DNA from: an uncultured Candidatus Micrarchaeota archaeon
Lineage (GTDB): Archaea > Micrarchaeota > Micrarchaeia > Anstonellales > Bilamarchaeaceae
DNA: 64,000 nucleotides
Assembly: GCA_903828955.1 (NCBI GenBank)
Contig: CAIKOA010000016.1
Span: 10,350 to 74,349, forward strand
Reading direction: 5' to 3'
The notes beneath the pieces were generated by a model. It did no database searches, was not told the DNA's origin, and saw only the letters and a program-made list of their open reading frames with translations. Position numbers and translations under genes: made by a program. Numbering within the stretch: the first letter of the stretch is position 1; each line of letters starts with the position of its first letter. Shown here piece after piece: positions 17,635-26,756 of the stretch.

Positions 17635-17669
17635 GTAACCATGGTTACAATCCCGGCCCTGCGCGCCCC

Positions 17670-18674
17670 CTACTTTTCAAAAGGAAGGCGCTCCTTGCTC
17701 CCCATCTCCTTAAGCACTTCCTTCAGGAGCGGCCTCTCATAAAATCCGTCAACAGAAAATCCCGCCTCCCTGCACATTCTCCTCAGCATAAGGAGCGCAT
17801 CCCAGGACCCTCCCCTGTTAAGCTCTTCCAAAATCCCTTCGAATGCACACTCCCCCATCGCATCATCAATCTTTTCCCTCACTTTGGTATAATCCCCGCA
17901 AAAATAAGCCTTCCTCAGAGCAGCCTCGCCCGCAATTTCCTGGATGTGCAGCATCAGGAAGACCGAGTTCGCGCTCCTGGTTCTTGACCCCTCCACCCCA
18001 TGCTTCCTAATCAACTGCAATGTGAGCATCTCCGCAACCCCTTCGCCAAGGGCCTCTGCGGCCTCCTCGCCCTTCCTCCTGAATACTGGCTTCCCATCCC
18101 CGTCCCTCCACCTCACCCTATCCCCCTTTCCAAGCCAGGAGGCATAGTGATGAAACTCTCGGGCGATTTCCGAAATCCTGCCCTCGACCCTTCCCCCATC
18201 CTCCCCTAAAAACCTCACAGTTATGCAATTCGTCCCGAAATAGCAGGCGCTTTCGCCAAGCTTTCTTAGTGGCGTTTTATGTACCGTGAGCAAAATCGGA
18301 GGGGAATCCAAAAGCGCATTATATGCCCTCGCCCCCAGGTACTCGTCATCCATCCACAATCTTATTGTCCCCAGTAGCTTCTTGTTTGCCTCGCTCGCTT
18401 CCCCATACCTTTTATTCCAGTACGCATCCTGCTTGATCTTCTCCATTCCCCTGTAGAGCGTATACTCTCCCCGGGAAAAACCCGCCATCTCAACGAAATA
18501 ATCAACATCAACCCGGTTCACGTATTTCCTCGCCTGCTCATCAGAGCTAAAAATCTTTCTGGGCCCTTCCCGGGCTCCAGAGCAAAATTTCCATTTCCAC
18601 TCCCCAGGGCTCAAGGCTCGCTTTATTGCTTTCAGAATATGCGGCTTATGCAGCTCCCTTTCCCTCTTCTGCAT
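17670..18674 (-). CDS. Hypothetical protein
   Basis: 334-aa ORF with protein-like composition. No motif recognised. Confidence 0.5.
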   Translation of the reverse strand: MQKRERELHKPHILKAIKRALSPGEWKWKFCSGAREGPRKIFSSDEQARKYVNRVDVDYFVEMAGFSRGEYTLYRGMEKIKQDAYWNKRYGEASEANKKLLGTIRLWMDDEYLGARAYNALLDSPPILLTVHKTPLRKLGESACYFGTNCITVRFLGEDGGRVEGRISEIAREFHHYASWLGKGDRVRWRDGDGKPVFRRKGEEAAEALGEGVAEMLTLQLIRKHGVEGSRTRSANSVFLMLHIQEIAGEAALRKAYFCGDYTKVREKIDDAMGECAFEGILEELNRGGSWDALLMLRRMCREAGFSVDGFYERPLLKEVLKEMGSKERLPFEK

Positions 18675-18694
18675 AAGTATATACTATACTATAC

Positions 18695-19219
18695 TCACTT
18701 TTTTATACCCTTTGCAACTTGTTTTTGCCCCATTTTCTTCTCCATCAGCATCGCCGCGCCCAGATACGCCAGATCAAAGCACATCAGCACAATGAAGTAG
18801 TCCCAGAGCCCGCTCACAATCCCGACCGCAAGAGCCGCCCCCTTCAGCCAAAGCCTGTAATCCCACATCGGCTTCAGGAATCCCGCAAACTCCACTTCAT
18901 CCAATGCTGCCACAAAGAAGAACGGAAGGAAAAGCTCAATCCCATTCAATTGCATGCCCATAACTATCGGAACCGCAACCGCAACCCCGACCGCAAGCCC
19001 GTGCGCAGGATTATCCACCTTTCCCATGAATACCTGCGCCGCAATAATCGCCAAAAATAGGGTAGCTACCGTTGAAAGCGAAAGCACCGCCCCCATGCAC
19101 ACCCCCGCAATAATTGCAAGCGGCCATTTCCAGATGTTCTTTCCCTTCAACTCATCCTCAATATAATCCACTGTCTTTATTCCAGCCCCGGCCAAAATCG
19201 CAGCAATATACTCTATCAT
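18695..19219 (-). CDS. Integral membrane protein (about 5 TM segments)
   Basis: Alternating hydrophobic stretches, for example WPLAIIAGVCMGAVLSLSTVATLFLAIIAAQVF and LAVGVAVAVPIVMGM. No family recognised. Confidence 0.55.
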   Translation of the reverse strand: MIEYIAAILAGAGIKTVDYIEDELKGKNIWKWPLAIIAGVCMGAVLSLSTVATLFLAIIAAQVFMGKVDNPAHGLAVGVAVAVPIVMGMQLNGIELFLPFFFVAALDEVEFAGFLKPMWDYRLWLKGAALAVGIVSGLWDYFIVLMCFDLAYLGAAMLMEKKMGQKQVAKGIKK

Positions 19220-19234
19220 TTATCTCACCTTTTC

Positions 19235-20143
19235 TCAATCCAACGAATAATATATTAACGGAAGCATCACCGTGGCGTCCCCATGCACGGTCACATGCCT
19301 CGCTTCTTCCCTGATCTTCCCCCAGCTCACCGCTTCACTTGCAGGCGCGCCGCTTAAGCTCCCATCCCACGCCTCCGCAGTAGTAAGGTAAAGCGCATAA
19401 TCCAGCCCGCCTCGCAATAAATTCACCCCAATCGTATGATGCTTGGAAATTCCGCCCCCAATTATGATCGCCGCAGTCTTTTCCGAGTTCAATGCCAGAT
19501 TAGCAAGCCTTTTCATATCCCCGGTCACATCTATCCCGCAGTCCGCGTACTCCCTCTTCTGCTTCCAGAAATATGTCTGCAGCCCAATCGCAGAATCCGT
19601 AATCCCTGGAGAGAAAACCGGCACCTTCTTCAGGTAAGCCTGCCTCAAAAACGACCCCCCATCCTCAATTCCCTTTCCCATTATTTCCGCAATCTCTGAA
19701 GGCGTAGTCATTTTCTTTCCCTTATACGCCTCCCCAAACACCTTCTGCATTTTCTCCTCAAGCAATTCATACCTCGCACTCGGAACCAGTATATTCCCAA
19801 TCCTGTTCACATCCTTTTTGTGCAATTCCACATCATTTTCCGCAAAGCTTCCGAGCGAATACGGCGCATACGCCTTAATCAAATCATGGTCCAAAGCCCC
19901 TCCCGTAGTCACAATAACATCCGCATATCCATCCCTCACAAGGTCCGCAATCACTCCGCGGAGCCCCGAAGCCACCACATTCGCAGTAAAAGCCAGAAAA
20001 ATAGTCGCTCTTTCCTTCTTCATCCGTTTTACCAATTCCACCGCCTGCGCAAGGTGGGTCCCCTGGAACCCGCTCTCCCCATAAGCCTTAACAAGCTCCT
20101 TTACAGAAGGCGATTTCTTGAAGTGAATATCCTTAATGTCCAT
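19235..20143 (-). CDS. dys: Deoxyhypusine synthase
   Basis: FLAFTANVVASGLRGVIADLVRDGYADVIVTTGGALDHD, GGGISKHH and SEAVSWGKI (catalytic Lys context). Confidence 0.9.
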   Translation of the reverse strand: MDIKDIHFKKSPSVKELVKAYGESGFQGTHLAQAVELVKRMKKERATIFLAFTANVVASGLRGVIADLVRDGYADVIVTTGGALDHDLIKAYAPYSLGSFAENDVELHKKDVNRIGNILVPSARYELLEEKMQKVFGEAYKGKKMTTPSEIAEIMGKGIEDGGSFLRQAYLKKVPVFSPGITDSAIGLQTYFWKQKREYADCGIDVTGDMKRLANLALNSEKTAAIIIGGGISKHHTIGVNLLRGGLDYALYLTTAEAWDGSLSGAPASEAVSWGKIREEARHVTVHGDATVMLPLIYYSLD

Positions 20144-20259
20144 ATAAATAATAGGTTCTCACGTATTTATGTTATTTTCTATCAACTCCCTTCCCGCGCA
20201 TTCAGTAAAGATGCAAAAAATCCAAACCCTTTTAAATAAACTAAAAGAAGCCATTCTCG

Positions 20260-22878
20260 ATGGGAAGCCGGAGAGCCCAAAACCCAGACGATTCGAATCT
20301 TGCGCAGAAATACCTCGATATCGAGCAGGCAATTTTAATAGTAATAAACTCCGATCAGACAGTGGGCGCAATAAACAGGAAAGGCTGCGAAATCCTTGGA
20401 TACAAAAAGGAAGAAATAATCGGGAAAGACTGGTGTGACAATTTCCTCCCGAAAAGGTTCAGGGAGCCCACAAGGTCAGTCCTGAAAAAAGTAGTGGATG
20501 GAGAGCTCAAGGCAACCGAATACCACGAAAACCCCATCCTCACAAAAAGCGGGGAAGAACGCCTCATAGCCTGGCACAACTCCTACCTCAGGGGCAAGAA
20601 CGGAGAAATAATCTCCGCAGTAAGCTCTGGAGAGGACATAACCGAAAAGAGGGCCGCGGAGGACGCGCTGAAAGAAAGCGAGGAAAAATTCCGCGTTCTC
20701 GCAGACCGCTCGCTCGAAGGAATCGGGATGTCCCAAGGAAACCGCATAATTTTTGCAAACAAAGCCCTCGTGAGGCTGTTCGGCTACAGGACCGCGGAAG
20801 AGCTCTACCAGGTCCCTCTCCTGGACGGGGTCGCCCCGGAATCAAGGCACATCATAATCAACATAATGGAGAAGAACCGCAGGAGCCTGCCCGTGCCCCA
20901 CCGCTTCACCTACAAACTGCTTAGGAAGAGCGGGGAAATCCGCGACGTGGAGCTCTCCTTCTCCTATGTCAAAATAAAGGGAGGGGAATTCACCCTCAGC
21001 ACCTTCCGCGACATAACCGAGCACCGAAAGGCCGAGGAGGCCCTCGCAACCTCAGAAGAAAACTACTGCACGCTCGTGAACCAGCTGACCGAAGGGCTGG
21101 TTGTCGCCCAGGGCCCAAGGCCCCGCCTAGTTTTTGCAAACCCGGCCCTTTCCAGGATACTCGGCTATAGCAATAAGGAGCTGCTTTCGTTCTCCCCGCA
21201 AAAAGTGGTCGAGCTCATTCATCCGGAAGACAGGAAAATGTTCTTCTCACGCTTCAAGGCCCGCCTGGAAGGAAAGGACGTTCCTTCAAAATATGAGTTT
21301 CGGGGCGTGCGCAAAGACAAGAAAACAATATGGGTCGCAATCTCCTCCAGGCGCATCAAATACCTCGACCAGCCCTCCGTCCAGGCAACCTTCACCGACA
21401 TAACCGAGCGCAAGAAAGCGGAGGGCGCATTGCGCGAAAGCGAGGAAAAATACCGCAGGCTGACCGAAAACATGAACGACGTAATCTACTCCATCGATCC
21501 AAACGGCATCCTTACCTACATAAGCCCCTCGGTCAGGCAATATGGCTTTTCCGCAGACAAGATGGCCTCCCACAAGTTCATCGAGTTTATCCTTCCAGAG
21601 GACGTTGAAAGAGTAACCAAGGATTTCCAGCGCTCCCTAAGGACCAGAACGGAGTTCTCCACAGCATTCCGGGTTCGCACCAAAAAAGGAAGGATTTATT
21701 GGGTTGAAGACAACGGAAAGTTCCAATATGACAGATCAGGGGCCCCCATCAGCCTTACAGGCACCCTCCGCGACATCACCGAACGCAAGATGGCTGAAGA
21801 ACAGCTTAGGGAAAGCGAAGGCAAGTTCCGGAGCATAATCGAAAGCAGCCACGACCTCATCACTCTCATCAACAGGGACGGAAGAGTCTCCTACCTGAGC
21901 CCGGCATGCAAAAAGGTAATCGGCTGGGACCCAAAACTCCTTATAGGAAAACGCCCCGCCATATTCCATCCGGACGACAACGCAAGGGTGCAGTCCGCCA
22001 TTAATGGGGCCCTCAAGGGAAAGGGCGGGGTTGACCTCCAGTACCGCATCATTACCCAGTCTGGAGAAGAAAGGTGGGTCTCCCATTCATGGGCCCCCCT
22101 CTTTGAGGGCGGGAAGCTGAGGATGGTCGCAAGCGTGATCCAGGACATGACCAGCCGCAAGAAGGCACACGAGAAGCTCGTTCACCAGAAGGAGCAGATA
22201 GCCCAGCTCTCAAGGATGAAGGAGCGGTTCATGGCCGACATGACCCATGAACTCAAGACCCCGCTCAGCGTAATAATGCTTAATCTGGAAATGGCCAAAA
22301 AAATGGATCCCGTTTCCCAGCGCGATGAACTCAAAGCATGTTTCGACCTGATGTGGCGCAACTCCGTCCGCCTGAGCCGCTCCGTGGAGCAGATAATGCA
22401 ACTCACCAAGGCCGAATCCGCAGACCTCAGCACCTCCCGCTTCCACCTCATCGACCTCATAGGCGAGGTTTGCGAAGAATACGTCCCGATCGCCACAACA
22501 AAAGGAATCCACTTCGAGGTCTTCGGACCGGACATAGAAATCGAGGGCAACGAGCGCCTTCTCGCAATGGCGGTAAGCAACCTGGTGAGCAATGCAATAA
22601 AGTTCACCCCCCACGGCCGCATAAAAATCAACTGGTCTTCCTCAGGAAGAAATGCGGTAATCTCGGTTTCCGATACCGGAGTGGGAATCCGGCCCCAGAA
22701 TCTCCACAAGGTATTCCACAAGTTCTTCAAGGAGGACCACGATTCCCCGGGTTCCGGAATAGGGCTTGCAATCTCCGCGGACGTAATCACCAGGATGGGC
22801 GGCAGGATGGAATTCGATTCCAAACCCGGCAAAGGAAGCACTTTCCGAATAATAATCCCAAAAGAGGTAAGCAAATGA
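20260..22878 (+). CDS. Cytoplasmic sensor histidine kinase with five PAS domains
   Basis: Five PAS-like units are joined by recurring DIT(E)RK-AEE-L-ESEEK(F/Y)R linkers. H-box MTHELKTPLSVI, N-box LVSNAIKFT, G-boxes DTGVGI and GSGIGLAIS. No TM segment. The TTTTAAATAAA TATA box about 25 nt upstream suggests a leaderless start. Confidence 0.9.
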   Translation: MGSRRAQNPDDSNLAQKYLDIEQAILIVINSDQTVGAINRKGCEILGYKKEEIIGKDWCDNFLPKRFREPTRSVLKKVVDGELKATEYHENPILTKSGEERLIAWHNSYLRGKNGEIISAVSSGEDITEKRAAEDALKESEEKFRVLADRSLEGIGMSQGNRIIFANKALVRLFGYRTAEELYQVPLLDGVAPESRHIIINIMEKNRRSLPVPHRFTYKLLRKSGEIRDVELSFSYVKIKGGEFTLSTFRDITEHRKAEEALATSEENYCTLVNQLTEGLVVAQGPRPRLVFANPALSRILGYSNKELLSFSPQKVVELIHPEDRKMFFSRFKARLEGKDVPSKYEFRGVRKDKKTIWVAISSRRIKYLDQPSVQATFTDITERKKAEGALRESEEKYRRLTENMNDVIYSIDPNGILTYISPSVRQYGFSADKMASHKFIEFILPEDVERVTKDFQRSLRTRTEFSTAFRVRTKKGRIYWVEDNGKFQYDRSGAPISLTGTLRDITERKMAEEQLRESEGKFRSIIESSHDLITLINRDGRVSYLSPACKKVIGWDPKLLIGKRPAIFHPDDNARVQSAINGALKGKGGVDLQYRIITQSGEERWVSHSWAPLFEGGKLRMVASVIQDMTSRKKAHEKLVHQKEQIAQLSRMKERFMADMTHELKTPLSVIMLNLEMAKKMDPVSQRDELKACFDLMWRNSVRLSRSVEQIMQLTKAESADLSTSRFHLIDLIGEVCEEYVPIATTKGIHFEVFGPDIEIEGNERLLAMAVSNLVSNAIKFTPHGRIKINWSSSGRNAVISVSDTGVGIRPQNLHKVFHKFFKEDHDSPGSGIGLAISADVITRMGGRMEFDSKPGKGSTFRIIIPKEVSK

Positions 22879-23234
22879 AAAAAATCTTGATAATTGAGGA
22901 CGAACCGGACGTTGCAGAAACGATAAAGGCATACCTTGAAGGCGCGGGATACTCCGCAGAATACAGCCTGGATCCCGCAAAGGCGGTGAAGGATTTGAAT
23001 AAATTCGACCTTCTGCTTCTGGATCTGATAATGCCCAGGTTTTCCGGGCACCAGGTTCTGAAGGAGATGAAAAAGGGGGGCATAAAGAAGCCCGTCGTGG
23101 TCCTAAGCGCGGTCGGCCTCCCCGGAGTGATTTCCGCGGAGCTCAAAAGGGACTACCCCGGAGTTTTATTCGTAGCAAAGACCGCTATGCACAGCGAGCT
23201 TCTTCCGGCTATAAAAAAGCTAATAGGCCAATAA
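22875..23234 (+). CDS. Single-domain response regulator (CheY-like receiver)
   Basis: MKKILIIEDEPDV...LLLLDLIMPRFSG...VVVLSA. ATGA overlap with the kinase stop. Only the last 119 codons of track ORF 22338..23234 are real. Confidence 0.85.
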   Translation: MKKILIIEDEPDVAETIKAYLEGAGYSAEYSLDPAKAVKDLNKFDLLLLDLIMPRFSGHQVLKEMKKGGIKKPVVVLSAVGLPGVISAELKRDYPGVLFVAKTAMHSELLPAIKKLIGQ

Positions 23235-23259
23235 AAAACAAGAAAAAATTAGAAAAAGT

Positions 23260-23601
23260 TCAAGCGTACTTATTCAGCTCCTTCTGCACAACGTACTGCA
23301 TAATCGGGAAGAAGACAATCGAAGCAAGGAGCAGTATGAGCCACCCGGTCTTCTCCTTCATCATCTTCTCCGCTTCCACGCAATACCTGTAAAGCACGTA
23401 TATGTTTACAAGCGGCACAAATATCCCGATTGTCCAAAGGAGCGGGCTTGAACTGCTTTTGTTCAGCACAATAATCTCCTTGCTGGTGCTGTAGAACCAG
23501 TAAACCCAGTAAATCCCTAGGGTAATGAAACCCGCCAGGATTACAAACCAGATTCCTCTTTTCTTTACGCCCATAAACATCCCTGCCTTCTCTTCTCCCA
23601 T
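23260..23601 (-). CDS. Small membrane protein, DUF4234-like
   Basis: Two hydrophobic hairpins with GIYWVYWFYSTSKEI, resembling the GIYxxYWxYK signature I associate with DUF4234. Confidence 0.45.
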   Translation of the reverse strand: MGEEKAGMFMGVKKRGIWFVILAGFITLGIYWVYWFYSTSKEIIVLNKSSSSPLLWTIGIFVPLVNIYVLYRYCVEAEKMMKEKTGWLILLLASIVFFPIMQYVVQKELNKYA

Positions 23602-23614
23602 TTCTAATTAAAAC

Positions 23615-24601
23615 CTATACTCCCTTCGCCCCAAGCAAATTCCTGTACCCAGGAGTCCACTCGTCCGTCTTCATCAGGACCGCCTCCACATTCTTGATTA
23701 CAAACGGGAAATTCTCCTTCAATTTCTCCACAATCATTCTGTACTCGTGGTAGTCCTCGACCACGATTTCCGGCTCTATATTCCAGATATTCCTGATAAA
23801 GTACTGGCTTCCCGAAAGCCCGGAAACATAAGATAACAACTTCTTCTCGTCCTCCTGCGAATACTTATCTATATGCAAAATCGCCTTGTAGTACTCAAGC
23901 CCGAGTTTGTCCAGGTCCACTCCAATCCTATACTGTATGATTACTCCGGTTTTCTCCATCCTCTTCAATCTTTCCGCGACCCTCTCCGGCCTTGATTTCA
24001 CCTTTGTTGAGAGCTGCGTCATCGAAACCCTCGCATTGTTCACTAGTTCCCCCAGGATTGCGTGGTCCAATTCATCCAGCTCGTTTTCTACAATCTCTCC
24101 CCCGAACATGGTAGGCTCTGCGATCTCTCCCGTAAAATACATCTTCGGATACTGCTTCACGTCCACAAGCACATCATAATACGTCTCCACAATTATCCCG
24201 CCAAAACTGGAAATCAGCTCATTCTTCATTGAATAGAACTCATAATCCGTCTTCGCAAACACCCCATAAATCAAATCCCATGCTCCGTCGCACTCGCCCA
24301 TCCAGTAAACCCTTCCGCTGGTTTTCAGGTATTCCAGCAATCTCTTCCTTTCCGCGGGCACATTCCTCAATTTGAGATAGAGCTTGTACAACTTATACCC
24401 CATCTTATGCGGATTAATCGCCGCATTAAAACTTGTAATTATTCCCTCTTCCACAAGCCGCCTAATCCTGTACTCCACGCTCTGCCTGGACTTCCGTGCC
24501 TTCTTCGCAATCGCCGAGGTCGGAGCCCTGCAATTCTTGTCAAGTTCCGCAAGTATTATCCTGTCGGCTTTATCCAGCTTTACTTTGCTTATCTTTACCA
24601 T
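23615..24601 (-). CDS. Lrp/AsnC-family transcriptional regulator, duplicated (two wHTH plus ligand-domain units)
   Basis: LDKADRIILAELDKNCRAPTSAIAKKARKSRQSVEYRIRRLVEEGII and LDELDHAILGELVNNARVSMTQLSTKVKSRPERVAERLKRMEKTGVI. Confidence 0.75.
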   Translation of the reverse strand: MVKISKVKLDKADRIILAELDKNCRAPTSAIAKKARKSRQSVEYRIRRLVEEGIITSFNAAINPHKMGYKLYKLYLKLRNVPAERKRLLEYLKTSGRVYWMGECDGAWDLIYGVFAKTDYEFYSMKNELISSFGGIIVETYYDVLVDVKQYPKMYFTGEIAEPTMFGGEIVENELDELDHAILGELVNNARVSMTQLSTKVKSRPERVAERLKRMEKTGVIIQYRIGVDLDKLGLEYYKAILHIDKYSQEDEKKLLSYVSGLSGSQYFIRNIWNIEPEIVVEDYHEYRMIVEKLKENFPFVIKNVEAVLMKTDEWTPGYRNLLGAKGV

Positions 24602-24720
24602 ATTTTGCTTTTTCTAGCACTATTTTCTTAAAACTACCTATTTCTGCTCATTTTTCACTAAAAACTTAATTATACTTCAAAATCCATATAGTAGCACAAC
24701 AAACCACAAATGGTGACAAA

Positions 24721-25935
24721 ATGGAAAGAAAAATCGAAAAACCCGAAACAAGTGGAAAGCCGGAGGGAGTTTCAACTTCGCCCACGGTAAGGTGCAAAAA
24801 GCTGGCATTCCCGAAGATTCCCCCTAAATTCGAGGGGAAAGTCCCAGCCGGATTCGTAAACGACGTTAAGGGCTGGTCCGCCACCAAGGACGAGGTAAAA
24901 GAAGCCGTCGCAAAGGGAGGAATGCTCACTCTTGATATCGATATGGCAGGAAAAGGAGTATGCTCCCTTAAATGCGGCCACTGCTTCCGCAGGACCGAAG
25001 AGTTCTGGAAAGAAGAGAGGCTCAGCTTTGAGGAGCTCGAGTTCAACCTCCGCCAGGCAAAAGCGCTCGGAGTTCGCAGCGTAAAAATTATCGGCCCGGG
25101 CGAGCCCCTTGAAGACCGCTCGCTCTTCAGGCTGCTCGAACTCATGAAGGAGCTCGAGATAATTCCCCTTGTATTCACCAAGGGGCATGTGCTCGGGAAC
25201 GAGCGCCTATCTCAGTCCATCCACGGAATGAGCTGCGATGAGCTTGCGGCAAAGCTCCACTCCCTCGGCGCAACAATCCTGATGGGCGCAACCTCCTTCG
25301 ATGCACCCACCGAAGACAGCACAGTAGGAAAGGAAGGCTACCACTCAATGCGGGATAAAGCGCTCATCCGCCTGGTCAGCGCGGGCTTTGCAGACTTCAT
25401 CCCCGGAGAGCCCACCCGCCTCGGAGTGATTTTCTCCCCGATAACCCCTGCAAACATAGACGAGGCTTTGGAAGTTTACAAATGGGTAAGGGAGCGCCAC
25501 ATCCAGCCCGTTCTTGCGCCCTTAATAATCGCAGGAAGGGCAAAAGCGCGGCCGGACCTGATCGTCCCGAGCGAGGAATTCATCGACCTCTTCGTCCAGG
25601 TGAACATCCACGCAATCCAGCAAGGCATTTTCGCCTTGGAGGAACTGGAGAAATCCGGAATCTCCGCATACGGAACCGCTCCCCCTTGCAGCCAGCTCTC
25701 GGTCGGAATGTTCATGAGGGGGGACGGGAAGGTGCTCCGGTGCCCGGGCAACGACACCGCGGTACTTGGCGACCTCCACGACAAAACCCTCACCCAGATT
25801 TGGGAGGCCAGCATAAGCCTGAGGAAATTCCTCGACCCGTGCAACAACCAGTGCCCTCCCAAGACGGCAGGATGCTCCTACCCGAAGGGCTTCTTCAGCG
25901 AGGTATTGCGCAGAGTGAAGGAATACTTCGGATAA
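24721..25935 (+). CDS. Radical SAM enzyme with SPASM/twitch-like C-terminal Cys domain
   Basis: CxxxCxxC = CSLKCGHC (24961..24984). IIGPGEPL. C-terminal CSQLSVGMFMRGDGKVLRCPGN...LGDLHDKTLTQIWE...CNNQCPPKTAGC. Confidence 0.8.
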   Translation: MERKIEKPETSGKPEGVSTSPTVRCKKLAFPKIPPKFEGKVPAGFVNDVKGWSATKDEVKEAVAKGGMLTLDIDMAGKGVCSLKCGHCFRRTEEFWKEERLSFEELEFNLRQAKALGVRSVKIIGPGEPLEDRSLFRLLELMKELEIIPLVFTKGHVLGNERLSQSIHGMSCDELAAKLHSLGATILMGATSFDAPTEDSTVGKEGYHSMRDKALIRLVSAGFADFIPGEPTRLGVIFSPITPANIDEALEVYKWVRERHIQPVLAPLIIAGRAKARPDLIVPSEEFIDLFVQVNIHAIQQGIFALEELEKSGISAYGTAPPCSQLSVGMFMRGDGKVLRCPGNDTAVLGDLHDKTLTQIWEASISLRKFLDPCNNQCPPKTAGCSYPKGFFSEVLRRVKEYFG

Positions 25936-26054
25936 CCCCCCTTCCTTTCCTTTTTTCCGTTATTTGCCGTATCCCAATCCGTCAAATCCAAACCTTTATA
26001 TAACCTAACTCTCCAGAACTACTTATTCATCTGTTCAGTTGTTGGTGTGTACAA

Positions 26055-26738
26055 ATGGAAAAACTAAAACTCAGGATAGCAGGGGAGATTTCCTTGTCCG
26101 ATGACCCAGGTTCCACGATGAAGAAGTGGAGGGAAATCTTCGGCATCACGCAGGGAGAACTCGCAGGAGCAATAGGCATCTCCGTCTCCACAATTAGCGA
26201 TTACGAATCCAACCGGAGGAAGTCCCCCGGTACCACCATCATAAAGCGCTTCGTAAACGTCCTTTTCGAAATAGATTCCAGAAAAGGAGGCACAGTAACC
26301 CAAAAGCTCTTAGAAGGAGGCTCCACAACCGAGCAATATTTCGAGCAGCACGATTTCGCCCGAACGCTCCCTCTTTCCGATTTCATCAAGCTCATAGACG
26401 GAAAGGCAATCACCCTTCAGGAACTCACCGAGGAAAAGAAGCTCTACGGCTACACCCTAATAGACTCCATTAAGGTAATCCTGGACATGCCCTCCAACTA
26501 CTTCAACAACTTATATGGAAACATGAACGAGCGCGCAATGGTCTTCACCGGCGTCTCCACAGGAAGGAGCCCCATGGTAGTCATACGCATGAGCCCCTCA
26601 AAGCCCTCCGCAGTAATCATGCACGGCATAACCAAAGTTGATAAGCTCGCCATAAAAATCTCTGAAAAGGAGCAGGTCCCCATAATTACCACTACTTTGG
26701 ATATAAGCCAAATCAAGGAGAGATTGAACAAAATCTAG
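26055..26738 (+). CDS. XRE-type HTH transcriptional regulator with archaeal C-terminal domain
   Basis: WREIFGITQGELAGAIGISVSTISDYESNRRKSPG. Confidence 0.7.
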   Translation: MEKLKLRIAGEISLSDDPGSTMKKWREIFGITQGELAGAIGISVSTISDYESNRRKSPGTTIIKRFVNVLFEIDSRKGGTVTQKLLEGGSTTEQYFEQHDFARTLPLSDFIKLIDGKAITLQELTEEKKLYGYTLIDSIKVILDMPSNYFNNLYGNMNERAMVFTGVSTGRSPMVVIRMSPSKPSAVIMHGITKVDKLAIKISEKEQVPIITTTLDISQIKERLNKI

Positions 26739-26756
26739 GAATAAGGAGGTGCAACC

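Noticed and set aside
20169-20438. 89-aa ORF overlapping the start of the histidine kinase, as a possible frameshifted true N-terminus
   Set aside because: The kinase ATG at 20260 sits about 25 nt after a TTTTAAATAAA TATA box, consistent with a leaderless start, and PAS homology begins right after it. No slippery site is evident.
22182-23051. 289-aa minus-strand ORF, plus the 5-prime part of the 298-aa ORF 22338..23234 and other ORFs inside the kinase gene
   Set aside because: These are shadow ORFs overlapping the histidine kinase reading frame, which carries clear H/N/G boxes. Only the last 119 codons of 22338..23234 (the receiver domain) are real.
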